This document shows positions 49,836-59,559 of a stretch of 64,000 nucleotides of DNA, in pieces (within the stretch, counting starts at the first letter, position 1; each line of letters opens with the position of its first letter). Under the pieces are notes generated by a model. That model was not told where the DNA came from and ran no database searches. It worked only from the letters and a program-made list of their open reading frames with translations. The position numbers and the translations under genes were made by a program. Source of the stretch: Bdellovibrionales bacterium (GTDB lineage Bacteria; Bdellovibrionota; Bdellovibrionia; Bdellovibrionales; UBA1609); assembly GCA_965199825.1 (NCBI GenBank), contig OZ241329.1:448001-512000 (forward strand), given 5' to 3'.

Positions 49836-51485
49836 ATGATTGCACTTTTATTATTCAATTTTGCTTTTGCCGCACTCAACCAAACCCCTTTGACCGCGAC
49901 CGCAACCTTAACGCCGGCTGTTCTTTCACCCGGTGAAAATGGCACGGTCAAGCTGCAGCTCGAATTGCAAGAGGGCTTTCATGCCTATCTTGATCAGTTT
50001 CACATCGAAACAGGCAATCCCGACTTCACTCGTGTTGGCAAACTGAGCATCCAGCCGATTCATCAGTTCAATGATCCATTTAGTAAACGTGTGCGCGATG
50101 TGTTCGAAGGTAAAAGTGAACTGATCGCACCATTTGAGTTGGCGGGCGATAGCGACAAGCTCTCTTCAACATCAATAAAATTAATTTACCAAGCATGCAC
50201 CAAAGACTATTGTTTATTTCCACAAACACTTTTGGTGCCGATCCATTTTACTGTGCGCCCCGCACCCGTTCAGCAAAGATCAATAAGTTTTTCTGAATCT
50301 CTTAACCGATTTTTTCAAACAGCGTTGACTAACAATCTTGCTCTCGCCTTTTTATTGGTTTTTATTGCAGGAATTTTAACAAGCCTTACACCTTGTATTT
50401 TTCCGATGATCCCGGTGACGCTTGCGGTGATTGGCGGCCGACGCATGAATGTGAGCCGGCGCACCCGATTTTTGATGAGTGTGTTTTATGTATTTGGGAT
50501 CGCAATCACCTACTCACTCTTAGGAGTGGTGGTTGCCTCAACCGGTGCTTTGTTTGGTGAGATGTTAGGAAATCCCATCGTCATCGGATTGATCGCCATG
50601 CTGTTTGTGGCCATGGGAATCTCGATGGCCGGAGTGTTCGAAACAACCCTTCCGCTGTCGCTGCAAAATAAATTGAGCAACATCAAAGGCCCCTCGGGTT
50701 TTGTGGGAGCGCTCGTCTCTGGTCTGCTTGCCGGTGTGATCGCATCACCCTGTGTAGGACCGGTGCTCGTCACAATTTTAACTTATGTGGCCGAAAAGCA
50801 TGACGTGGTTTTAGGATTTTCATTGCTGTTTGTTTTTGCATTGGGCTTGGGACAAATCTTTTTGCTCCTTGGATTTAGCACCCGATTTTTGGAACGCCTC
50901 CCCCGCTCCGGCCCCTGGATGGATTCGGTCAAAAACATTTTTGCGGTTAGCTTTTTTGGATTGGCCGTTTGGTATTTAAGACCTTTGCTCTCCATGCCAA
51001 TTTTGTTTGTTGGGAGCGCGGTTGTTTGTTTGGTGGCGGCTTATCTGTTTCGCCAAGTTGTTGTGCGTGCCGTCTTCGTGGCGCTTGCTGTTTGCGCGGT
51101 CTATTTTGCTTTCCAAAACAAGCCAGCAGTTTCTCGTTTGGCGTGGCAACCCTATTCCGAGGCGCTTTTGGAGCGCTCTCAAAAAGATGGCAAAGCGGTG
51201 TTGATCGATATCAATGCCGATTGGTGTGTGGCTTGTCATGAGCTCGAGCTTTCGACTTTTTCTGATGCTCGAATCGAAGCTGTTTTTGGCACGATGACTT
51301 TACTCAAATTCAACGCGACACAATCTTCTGATGAGTTAGACAAAATTAAAAAGCGATACGACATTCATGGCCTTCCCCATCTTATTTTTTATGATGAGCA
51401 TGGGCAGTATCGTAAAGATTTAACGCTGACTGGGTTTGAAAGCGCTGATTTGTTTTTGGGTCGGCTTGGGAAGCTTAAAGAGTAG
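49836..51485 (+). CDS. dsbD: Thiol:disulfide interchange protein DsbD
   Basis: YQACTKDYC, TPCIFPMIP, SPCVGP and ADWCVAC thioredoxin motif. Confidence 0.93.
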   Translation: MIALLLFNFAFAALNQTPLTATATLTPAVLSPGENGTVKLQLELQEGFHAYLDQFHIETGNPDFTRVGKLSIQPIHQFNDPFSKRVRDVFEGKSELIAPFELAGDSDKLSSTSIKLIYQACTKDYCLFPQTLLVPIHFTVRPAPVQQRSISFSESLNRFFQTALTNNLALAFLLVFIAGILTSLTPCIFPMIPVTLAVIGGRRMNVSRRTRFLMSVFYVFGIAITYSLLGVVVASTGALFGEMLGNPIVIGLIAMLFVAMGISMAGVFETTLPLSLQNKLSNIKGPSGFVGALVSGLLAGVIASPCVGPVLVTILTYVAEKHDVVLGFSLLFVFALGLGQIFLLLGFSTRFLERLPRSGPWMDSVKNIFAVSFFGLAVWYLRPLLSMPILFVGSAVVCLVAAYLFRQVVVRAVFVALAVCAVYFAFQNKPAVSRLAWQPYSEALLERSQKDGKAVLIDINADWCVACHELELSTFSDARIEAVFGTMTLLKFNATQSSDELDKIKKRYDIHGLPHLIFYDEHGQYRKDLTLTGFESADLFLGRLGKLKE

Positions 51486-52893
51486 AAAGTTTTTGTGAAA
51501 TCTTTTGGCACAGGGGCCGCACATACTGATGAGGATTTTTTAAATTTCGCAGTGACTGGATCAGTTTAAAGATTTCCTGATCCTTGATCATGAGCTGATC
51601 CATAAATTCGCCATCAACCAATCGAACAAGTGCAGGGCTTAAACTGCCTTGACCATCATTAAACATGTAGCCGTCGCCCTCCGCTTTCATCGCCCAATTT
51701 CGGATGTCGATTTGATATCGAGTGAGGATTGGGAACAGCCGCGCGGCGACTAAGATTTCTTCGGAATCCAGAAGGGTGCTTATTCCGATAATGTCTTTTG
51801 GCATTGGCACTTGGTACCAAGCTTGCTGAAGTTCAAAAACCAATTCTTGAAATTCACGATTATTTCCAAACCGCAAAGGTCCAATATTTTGTGGGCCCAA
51901 AACAAATTTCATAATTCCCATTTGCGATTCGAGGTCTTCGATATCTGCGGTGAGAATATTTTTAACAAGGACGTCGAATGGTTTTTTCAATACCTCAAAC
52001 TTTTTATCCTCACCTGTTTTTGAAACAACTGTCCGCGGTATCTTCGATTCAAACGAGCAGTAAACAGCGTCCGCAACCTTGAATCTTTCAGGCATTAAGT
52101 CCTTAATCTTACGAAGAAGTTCGGCAGTCACTCTTTCATGATTCAGATCTTGCAGCAGGATATTCAAATGAAGGTTGGGTTGATCTACAAAAATGGTATC
52201 GCTCTTTAGATATCCACCAATCCAGCGATAGCGTTTTTTTAAAGGCCGCATTTTTTCGAAATGAGCCCAATTGTTGTATTCAGTTTTTTTGATATCCTCA
52301 AAAAATCGCTCTTGCACTTCGGTTTCATTGTTCTTTAGTGCCTGCGCATAGTTCTGGGGAAAATCATCTTGCGAGCCATAAACCCCTGGCCAAAAAGGAT
52401 AGGTAAACCAAGTTGGTCGGGCGGGTTCATGATGACAAGCCGTACATCTCCGAGAGGGTGAGCCATTGATTGGCGAGATCACAAAATTTTGTTTACGCTC
52501 CTGAGGTGAAAGATCTTCGAGTTGATTCGGGTCACGAGCTTCTTTGGGAAAAGTGATCTCACGAAACTCGAACGATTTTTGTGAATCGTTAAAACACATC
52601 AGTTCCATACGCTCAAAGTTCGCCTGATCGTCCGAGCCATTAAAGGTCAATACCATTTTTGCGTTTGAACCATAGAGCAGCGCCCGCGGATTTTCGAAAC
52701 TCGAACCATGAAGCGAGCGGCTCAAATAAACCAAACTGTGATGCCGCATATAATTGGGGCGATAGGAATAGAGTTTGCTCAGTGCCGCATCAATGGTTTG
52801 CGGGGCTGGCTTTAATTGATTCAAAAACCTGAAAAATTCATCGCATGTCATTGCCGCATTCGGCAAAAATTTGTCGACATACTCACGCGCCAT
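51475..52893 (-). CDS. Hypothetical protein with a single CxxCH (possible c-type heme) motif; start uncertain
   Basis: Long ORF (open to 52989); CTACH followed by RPTWFTYPFWPGVYGSQDD; no clear signal peptide. Confidence 0.6.
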   Translation of the reverse strand: MAREYVDKFLPNAAMTCDEFFRFLNQLKPAPQTIDAALSKLYSYRPNYMRHHSLVYLSRSLHGSSFENPRALLYGSNAKMVLTFNGSDDQANFERMELMCFNDSQKSFEFREITFPKEARDPNQLEDLSPQERKQNFVISPINGSPSRRCTACHHEPARPTWFTYPFWPGVYGSQDDFPQNYAQALKNNETEVQERFFEDIKKTEYNNWAHFEKMRPLKKRYRWIGGYLKSDTIFVDQPNLHLNILLQDLNHERVTAELLRKIKDLMPERFKVADAVYCSFESKIPRTVVSKTGEDKKFEVLKKPFDVLVKNILTADIEDLESQMGIMKFVLGPQNIGPLRFGNNREFQELVFELQQAWYQVPMPKDIIGISTLLDSEEILVAARLFPILTRYQIDIRNWAMKAEGDGYMFNDGQGSLSPALVRLVDGEFMDQLMIKDQEIFKLIQSLRNLKNPHQYVRPLCQKISQKLSTL

Positions 52894-53100
52894 CGCAGGC
52901 TCGCGCGCTCCTAGGGGATTATCCTCCCTATGAAGTTTCGAAACACATGCCGATCGACAAGTACGGCAAGCAGTAGAGTGACTATCCAATATTTCATTTG
53001 TTTATTGTAGGTGGTAATTGGTGTCTGTCAATTTGTCGAAAGCGTTTGATGTCGAGAAGTTGTGGACCGCTGGTGCGGTCACAAAAAAGCATCGTCTATT

Positions 53101-56100
53101 TTATTTTTCTTCGGGCAAGCCAACCAAGTAGTCTTGCCCTTGCGGCACAAACTTACCGCCGCTATCGGAGTAAGTTCCACCAGCACTTTGAGGACCCATG
53201 ATTCGCACCGGTACTCCAAATTCAATTCCCATTTGCTGACTTAAATTTTGCAGGAATATTTCAACTACGGATGCAACCGCTGCACTTGCACCGTTTGTCG
53301 GTCCGTAGATTCTTTCGGCAAAAAGAGCCCCTTTGTTAGTATCGCGTTCAGTCCCAACCCGTAAGACCTGTCTATGAATTGGCTGTACCATGTCGACTGT
53401 TTTGATCTCACTTCCTGACTCGAGTTGGAAGTGAATACACATTGCGATTTCATCTAAAGAAATCTTCACCGTATTCGCTCTAAGAGCTTCAACAACATTT
53501 TTGTAATCTGCTTGATTTTCGAAATCATTTGGGGTGAGAGCAAAACCAATCACCGTACCTTGGTTCGCCTCCATCACTTGAGAAAAGACCGCAGAGGCAA
53601 ATTGGCCGTAGTCGAGATTTAAACAACTTGCGGCCTGAACCAAGTGGCCTAGACACATATGTGAAAGAGGTGAAACTAGAGTTGTTGCGACCACAATGGT
53701 TTCTCCCTTTCGCACTTGTGAAAGTTGCAGTTGAGAGACGATTTCTCGAACGTCTTCCAATAGGATTGATTGAGTTTTTGCCGCTTTTAAATATGCGAGC
53801 GCGGGTTTTGCGTAAGTCTTATACTCTTCCAAAGAGTTCGAATTTGCGACCAACTGGACTAGTCCAAATAAAATCTTTTTTGGTTCATTCAGTTGTGGGT
53901 CGTTAATCAGATTTTCAATAACAACAGCCGCATTTGTACCAGCCGTTTTAATTTTTTCTTTTAGCATTGTGAGATAAGCTAGATCTTTGGCAATGTCTTC
54001 AAATTCTTTGTCCGCTTCTTTTGCATGTTGCACAAGCTGTTTTGAAATATCTCTTAATCGAATTAATCTAATTTTATTTAATTCTTCTGAGCTGCTGTTG
54101 AGCTGAACAAGCTGAGCTGTTGTCTGCTGCGTTTTCCAAATCTCTTGCGCACGATCAGACATCATCTCGATTTGTTTTTTTGCCTCGGTACGTTCATACT
54201 TATAATTTAAATATGAATTACTGAGCATCGATTTTAAAAAATCGCGAATTTGCGAAATGAGTTGCTTGCTGTTAGACGAGGTCTGCGCACGAACAACAAG
54301 TGTAAGGAATCGATCTAAGTCACCCCATTGTTTTTCGAGCGCTTCGTACTCTTTTTGGTCAAAACTAAAATTGGCGTCACTGAAAATTGATCGGATATAA
54401 TTTTGAATTTGTGAGCTGAGATCTACTGACCATTTTTGTAACAGTGAAGAGTCAATTTCTGCGCCCCGGACAATTTGATTAAATGCATTAAGGTCTCGGT
54501 TATATAAAAATCTGTCACTTTGTGCTAATCGCATCACTGAGCGTAATTGCCGGAGCACCTTTAAGAAAAGATCAAAATTTTCAAAAACTTCATGTTTAAA
54601 ATTTAAATTTTTTAACGGAGTTACTCCATAAATTCCGTCAAGATCTAAGACGACATTTTGCAAAAGCCGCAGCCGCTCTTCATTCAATTTTAACTTATTA
54701 AAATTATTTGGTTGAAGCCCCAAAATCTCTGCCAAATAGCTTAGCTGTGTTTGACCCGATTTTATCTTAGGTCGATCGGATTCGGTCATGACACGAATGT
54801 AACCCGATAAAATTGTTGTATTTCCTGTGGCCTGCTTTAGAAAAGCAAGCTCCTCGGGGGTTAAAATATTCTTGTGGGCTGCAACCAAACGCTCAAATCT
54901 TTCAAAAACAATTTTGAATGGACTGCCCGCATTGACTAGATTTCGTGGATCGATTTCTTCCACAGCAAATGTACTTTGCCGAACTTCATTGTTCGAATTC
55001 AGGGCACCAAACAAATTGAAGCCAACAAGTAAAGATTGAGCTTCTTGCTCTGTTATCTTAAGAGACCCTGCCATAATTTCTTTTTGATAACCAAGTTCAA
55101 ATGGGTAATTTGTCCGTCGAAGTGCGAGCTTTGCAAGCGCCATCTTATCCGTATTATTTAGATTTAAGATCTTGATCAAGGGAGGGACACTCAACAATGG
55201 AAATGGTGTTGGCATACGAGCAATATACTGAAATCCCAAATTGATTTTTTGTTGTCTAGAAAATTTGGACTCAATCAAAAATTCACTCATCAGACTTGTG
55301 CTGACAATATGGGATTGCACCTCAAGCTGCAGATCTGGCGAGAGGCTGAGTGCAATTTGAACCCATCTGCGTTCGATCAGCCATTTGGAGTCGGTGAAGG
55401 GAAGCTGTCGAGCGAAGTCGATCAAGCGTCGAATCGGGCCTGGGCGCTGGATTTCAAAATCTCCTTGAGACCAAATTTTCGCCACTGCAGTGAGCAGTTG
55501 AGCAATCATCTGAGGTTTTAGGCCTCGGACAATTTCCGCGGACATATAGTGGTGAGAAAAAAATGGTTCGCTTTTCAGTTGTTCTGTTAACCATTTTGTC
55601 TTTAGATCTACAGAAACACTTCCGAGATCCTCAGGTGAGGGCGATTCCACTAACGCAGGCAAGAGCAGATTCAATCGGATCAGTCGCTCTTTCAAAACTT
55701 TTGACTTACCAGATATCTGAAAAGATTCGAGTTTGGATTTTTCATCCTTATTCCAATCTGCTTGAAAAATAAATTTCGCAAGTTGGGCGGCAATTTCAAA
55801 ATCAATTTTTTCGTCTGCGATAATTTCAAGAAGTACGGGAGTGACATTTGATGCGATATCTTTTGTGATCCGCTCTTTATAATTTAAAAGTCTGCCAAAC
55901 AGTTCAGAATCGATTTTTTGATTTTTATGGTAATAGCCTAAAACTAATTTTAGATCCGCAGTTTCCAAAAATTTTTGAGTGGGCTCAGTCGGCTCGTCTC
56001 CAAAAGTTGATTTGAATTGAGCATAAGAAACTGGCCAGTTTTGAGCGATGGAATTCTTTAACTGATCAATGTCACCTTCAGTTAGAGGAGTGTTTTGCCA

Positions 56101-56664
56101 TTGTCCTTTCAAAACAGATCCAAAAATTAAAATATGCTCCGGATCGCTCGTGAGCTGCAGCCATGTCTGACGATCGAGATCATTCTCCAAGGCCAAGCTG
56201 AACCACTCAAAAAGGGCCTCTCGCTGGCCGATTTGACCCGATTTTAATTCGTCAAAATTTAATATTTGAGTTCCGGTGAACTTTTTGATTTCTTGAGCTG
56301 CAGATGAAAGAATACGAACCAGATTTTCCTTGCGATTTGAGGACTCCGCACACACTTTTTTGAAAGCCTGAATTGCAATCTTTGAATTTTCAAAAAGAAA
56401 ATGATGATCGATAATCCCATTTGCTAAATTTGAGCAGGCTGCATCCTTCGTATTCGGCGGCAGTTGAGTGATATCGATCCGAAGTAGCTCTATAAGCCAA
56501 GCTTCGGCTTGATTTTGAATCAATTTTTTTTGCTTGTGTAGGTCGAGTGTATAACCCTCGGGCGCTCGAGGTGGAGGCTGAACCAGAGCCAGGACGCAAG
56601 CATCGGTGCTGCTCTGAAATTTTGCTGCATGTGCGGACATCATAAAGAGCAGAACCCATGTCAT
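53101..56664 (-). CDS. Large (1187 aa) secreted helical hypothetical protein
   Basis: Short signal peptide AHA-, DACVLAL after it, helical body, C-terminal alpha/beta region with SCL and AERIY. Confidence 0.8.
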   Translation of the reverse strand: MTWVLLFMMSAHAAKFQSSTDACVLALVQPPPRAPEGYTLDLHKQKKLIQNQAEAWLIELLRIDITQLPPNTKDAACSNLANGIIDHHFLFENSKIAIQAFKKVCAESSNRKENLVRILSSAAQEIKKFTGTQILNFDELKSGQIGQREALFEWFSLALENDLDRQTWLQLTSDPEHILIFGSVLKGQWQNTPLTEGDIDQLKNSIAQNWPVSYAQFKSTFGDEPTEPTQKFLETADLKLVLGYYHKNQKIDSELFGRLLNYKERITKDIASNVTPVLLEIIADEKIDFEIAAQLAKFIFQADWNKDEKSKLESFQISGKSKVLKERLIRLNLLLPALVESPSPEDLGSVSVDLKTKWLTEQLKSEPFFSHHYMSAEIVRGLKPQMIAQLLTAVAKIWSQGDFEIQRPGPIRRLIDFARQLPFTDSKWLIERRWVQIALSLSPDLQLEVQSHIVSTSLMSEFLIESKFSRQQKINLGFQYIARMPTPFPLLSVPPLIKILNLNNTDKMALAKLALRRTNYPFELGYQKEIMAGSLKITEQEAQSLLVGFNLFGALNSNNEVRQSTFAVEEIDPRNLVNAGSPFKIVFERFERLVAAHKNILTPEELAFLKQATGNTTILSGYIRVMTESDRPKIKSGQTQLSYLAEILGLQPNNFNKLKLNEERLRLLQNVVLDLDGIYGVTPLKNLNFKHEVFENFDLFLKVLRQLRSVMRLAQSDRFLYNRDLNAFNQIVRGAEIDSSLLQKWSVDLSSQIQNYIRSIFSDANFSFDQKEYEALEKQWGDLDRFLTLVVRAQTSSNSKQLISQIRDFLKSMLSNSYLNYKYERTEAKKQIEMMSDRAQEIWKTQQTTAQLVQLNSSSEELNKIRLIRLRDISKQLVQHAKEADKEFEDIAKDLAYLTMLKEKIKTAGTNAAVVIENLINDPQLNEPKKILFGLVQLVANSNSLEEYKTYAKPALAYLKAAKTQSILLEDVREIVSQLQLSQVRKGETIVVATTLVSPLSHMCLGHLVQAASCLNLDYGQFASAVFSQVMEANQGTVIGFALTPNDFENQADYKNVVEALRANTVKISLDEIAMCIHFQLESGSEIKTVDMVQPIHRQVLRVGTERDTNKGALFAERIYGPTNGASAAVASVVEIFLQNLSQQMGIEFGVPVRIMGPQSAGGTYSDSGGKFVPQGQDYLVGLPEEK

Positions 56665-56676
56665 ACTTGTCTTATA

Positions 56677-56690
56677 GCAAACAAAGAGCC
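56677..56690 (-). promoter_or_regulatory. Putative sigma54 promoter (leaderless)
   Basis: TGG-CTCTTTGTTT-GCT ending 12 nt before ATG 56664. Confidence 0.65.
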
Positions 56691-56787
56691 ACGGCCAACC
56701 ACGTTGGTTCTTTTTTACAACTCGGCGTTGTTGAATTATTTGTCAGTTTTGGTTTTCTTACGATCTCCAATGATTGATTACCATCGT

Positions 56788-58980
56788 TCACTTCTTTAAA
56801 AGTCGAGAACATACAAATTCATAAGCGGCTTGACCCAGTCGGGTGATGTGGTGACTTGTTGTTTGTCTGATCATTTTTAAGTTCGAGATTCTCCACAAGT
56901 CTTGGTTTTTTAATACCCCAATCAACTGCTGGCGCTCTTCAGCGCTTTGCTTCAAAGTGATGAGTTGTGACCAATCTTTTTGTATTATTCTATATTCGGA
57001 GTCGCTCACAATAATAGGAGGCAAACTTTCGATCAATGCCTTTCGTGTATCTGCATCTGTTGCCCATGCAACATTGAGCAATTCCCGATAAAATCCTTTT
57101 CCAATTGAAGTTTTATTTTTAATTATTGAAAGCGCGGTCTTTACTTCTTCAGATTTTTGATCGCGCAAGACACTCAATAAAATACGCTGTTGAATTGGAG
57201 TTATCCCAGTGCCCTCCACATAAGTGTTTAAAATTTTAATGCGCTCTGGACCGCCCGGTGAAAAATGATTCCATTGAGCCCAAACTTCAGGGTCGACGAG
57301 CGCCTGATTGAAAAGTTGTTTTAATTTTTTAAGACTCTGACCTTTGCCAGTTTGGCTTTGCCTTTTCACACGTTGATCGAGCTCGACCGAAATATATTTA
57401 AATAAGTCCTGCCATCGAGGATCGTTTACCAACTGAGGCTGAGTTTCTAAGAGCTCAGACATTCTACGGGTGAGCACACGCGTATTTATAAATTTGAGGT
57501 CAATAGGTTCTATTTGAAGAATGCTAAAGGCCTCATTCCACTGTTCAAGAGTCAGTTCAGTATTTCGCCTTAAATATTCTAAGTTTTTTGCCGTTTCAAA
57601 TTGTGCATGATCAATATTCAAAATTGAGAGAGCAATTTGAAGAGTTTTATTTTGCACTTTCATTGTGCGACCGAGCCGTGCCGCCAAGCGCGCCCGACCT
57701 AAAATTGAAAGAGACATGAAGTCGATGGGATGATTGTTGGTCGAAAGACCTAATTCTAAAATCTGTGGCAAGTGAGATGCAGTTCTTATCTGTACCGGAA
57801 TCTCTTTTGTCGAAGGAATGACATAGTAGTTTTCAAAACTCATTGTCGACGGATTTTCATCTAAATAAGAGTCGAGCTGCACCCATAAATCAGTGGCCGC
57901 AGATGCCCTTTGATTTTTTGTAAGTGATTCGGCTTTGATGGTGTCGATAATGGCGCCATCATTCATTGCTCCACCATCGAGATCTTCATCAAACGGTAGA
58001 GCGAGCTGGTCTGATTTCCAAAGCGCACTCATTCCATCAAGTAATGGTTTGACATGAGTGGCACGGAGGCCTGGGCCGTTAATTGTGATCACAAACGGAA
58101 TTGATTTACCTTTGTATATGACGGGCATCACAAAAACGTACCCAACAATTTGATCGGTGATTTTGTGCCCGAGTCGGACCCAATAGGTTTTCGCTCCAGG
58201 AAGCAGAGCATGATACCCCACACTCTTGAGTGAGCAATCAAGTCCAACCGCGGCCCTGATGGTTGCAATCATGGGCGGAACTTCTTCTAGAGACATTTTT
58301 TGAGGCTTGATCGGTGTACCGTCATTTGTCCGCAGCACAAGTCTCGGTTCTACAAAGCGGATTGCAAAATTATTAATCACGCTTTGGATTTGATCTTTTT
58401 GATGCTGTGACTGAGCAAGTTTTTGAGCCTGCTCGAGCAAAGATTTGTAGTTGTGCTTAAGTTCTTCGCCACTGATATTTTCAAGACTTGATAAGAAAGC
58501 GTCTTGGTCTTCCTCAGTCGAGAGGTCGTCGAAACGTTTATGTCCCTGACGATCGAACATAAAAGGCAAAAGCGAGAGAGCATTTTGGTTTCCAAAAGTT
58601 TCAACCGCAGTTTTAAAATCTTCAACCTTGCCCTCTTCAAAAAATTTAATCGCTCGTCGCGAAAGTTCGCTCTGAATTTCTTGAAGCCCTTTTAGATCAT
58701 AGCTTGAATCTGCCGCGAGAAATTGAAATCCATAAAGGTGTTGAGGTTTGATTTCCCAAGTCTCAGCAGGAATTTGTAATTCTTGATCAATACGAGGAAT
58801 CGCCCGGAAGTAACCAGTGATCGATCTATTGAAAGTTGAGTTTAAGCTGTTGAGCCGCGGATAGCGGTAAAGCAAATTGAGAAAAAATCGTGTTTGCTCA
58901 ACAGGGTCTTGAAATTGGTGAGGAAGTTGGGCGACGCCCATTTTGCAAAATACTAAAATGAAGAGGATTGTTTTTAGCAT
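56788..58980 (-). CDS. Secreted hypothetical protein (730 aa)
   Basis: Signal peptide; central GLDCS region; HEAT-like helical C-terminal part; ends FVCSRLLKK. Confidence 0.8.
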   Translation of the reverse strand: MLKTILFILVFCKMGVAQLPHQFQDPVEQTRFFLNLLYRYPRLNSLNSTFNRSITGYFRAIPRIDQELQIPAETWEIKPQHLYGFQFLAADSSYDLKGLQEIQSELSRRAIKFFEEGKVEDFKTAVETFGNQNALSLLPFMFDRQGHKRFDDLSTEEDQDAFLSSLENISGEELKHNYKSLLEQAQKLAQSQHQKDQIQSVINNFAIRFVEPRLVLRTNDGTPIKPQKMSLEEVPPMIATIRAAVGLDCSLKSVGYHALLPGAKTYWVRLGHKITDQIVGYVFVMPVIYKGKSIPFVITINGPGLRATHVKPLLDGMSALWKSDQLALPFDEDLDGGAMNDGAIIDTIKAESLTKNQRASAATDLWVQLDSYLDENPSTMSFENYYVIPSTKEIPVQIRTASHLPQILELGLSTNNHPIDFMSLSILGRARLAARLGRTMKVQNKTLQIALSILNIDHAQFETAKNLEYLRRNTELTLEQWNEAFSILQIEPIDLKFINTRVLTRRMSELLETQPQLVNDPRWQDLFKYISVELDQRVKRQSQTGKGQSLKKLKQLFNQALVDPEVWAQWNHFSPGGPERIKILNTYVEGTGITPIQQRILLSVLRDQKSEEVKTALSIIKNKTSIGKGFYRELLNVAWATDADTRKALIESLPPIIVSDSEYRIIQKDWSQLITLKQSAEERQQLIGVLKNQDLWRISNLKMIRQTTSHHITRLGQAAYEFVCSRLLKK

Positions 58981-59217
58981 AAGACTCAGTTGGTTTGTTT
59001 TAATGATGAACCTAGCTGATGTTTTTTGTTCTGAGAATTTATTTTCGTCGGCACATGCGACAGAGGAATGTTCACTGTATTTAGTTTAGGTTTCTAGTGC
59101 GTTTTTTGAATTGATTCCTTTTATTGGTTTGGCCGTCAATTTTTTCGATTGGTCTTTTGGCAGCTCGTCGCTATTGATCGCTGGCAAAGATGGTTGTGGA
59201 GGAGAACTTTTCATCAA

Positions 59218-59489
59218 ATGACAGTGCCCCAATCGACTAATCATAAAGACGATTGCTCAGCCTTGAAACTTTGGGTTTCTGGCAAATAGGATTTCGAGAG
59301 ATGAAATGACCGTGCCTCTTTCGTCTCCCCGCCGGAGAAAATAGTGTTTTTAAATTTATTAAATGAAATTGCCCCCTTTTCGTTGACGCTAAAAAACATT
59401 GCGGTTTTATAACTACTCGCATGACAGTGCCCCGTTCGCGCTTAGTAAGAAAAAATTGAGCTGCTAAACCTATCGAATGACATTGCCCC
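59218..59489 (+). repeat. Five spaced direct repeats, consensus ATGACAGTGCCCC (REP-like)
   Basis: Copies at 59218, 59306, 59363, 59421 and 59477 (spacing 88, 57, 58, 56), unrelated spacers, directly upstream of the transposase. Confidence 0.8.
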
Positions 59490-59524
59490 CTTCCACTAAC
59501 TCTAAATAAATATTGAATAAACAA

Positions 59525-59553
59525 TTGCCTAAACTAAATAGTAATTATATACT
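59525..59553 (+). promoter_or_regulatory. Sigma70 promoter of the transposase (leaderless)
   Basis: TTGCCT-N17-TATACT, 6 nt before ATG 59560. Confidence 0.65.
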
Positions 59554-59559
59554 TCAGCA

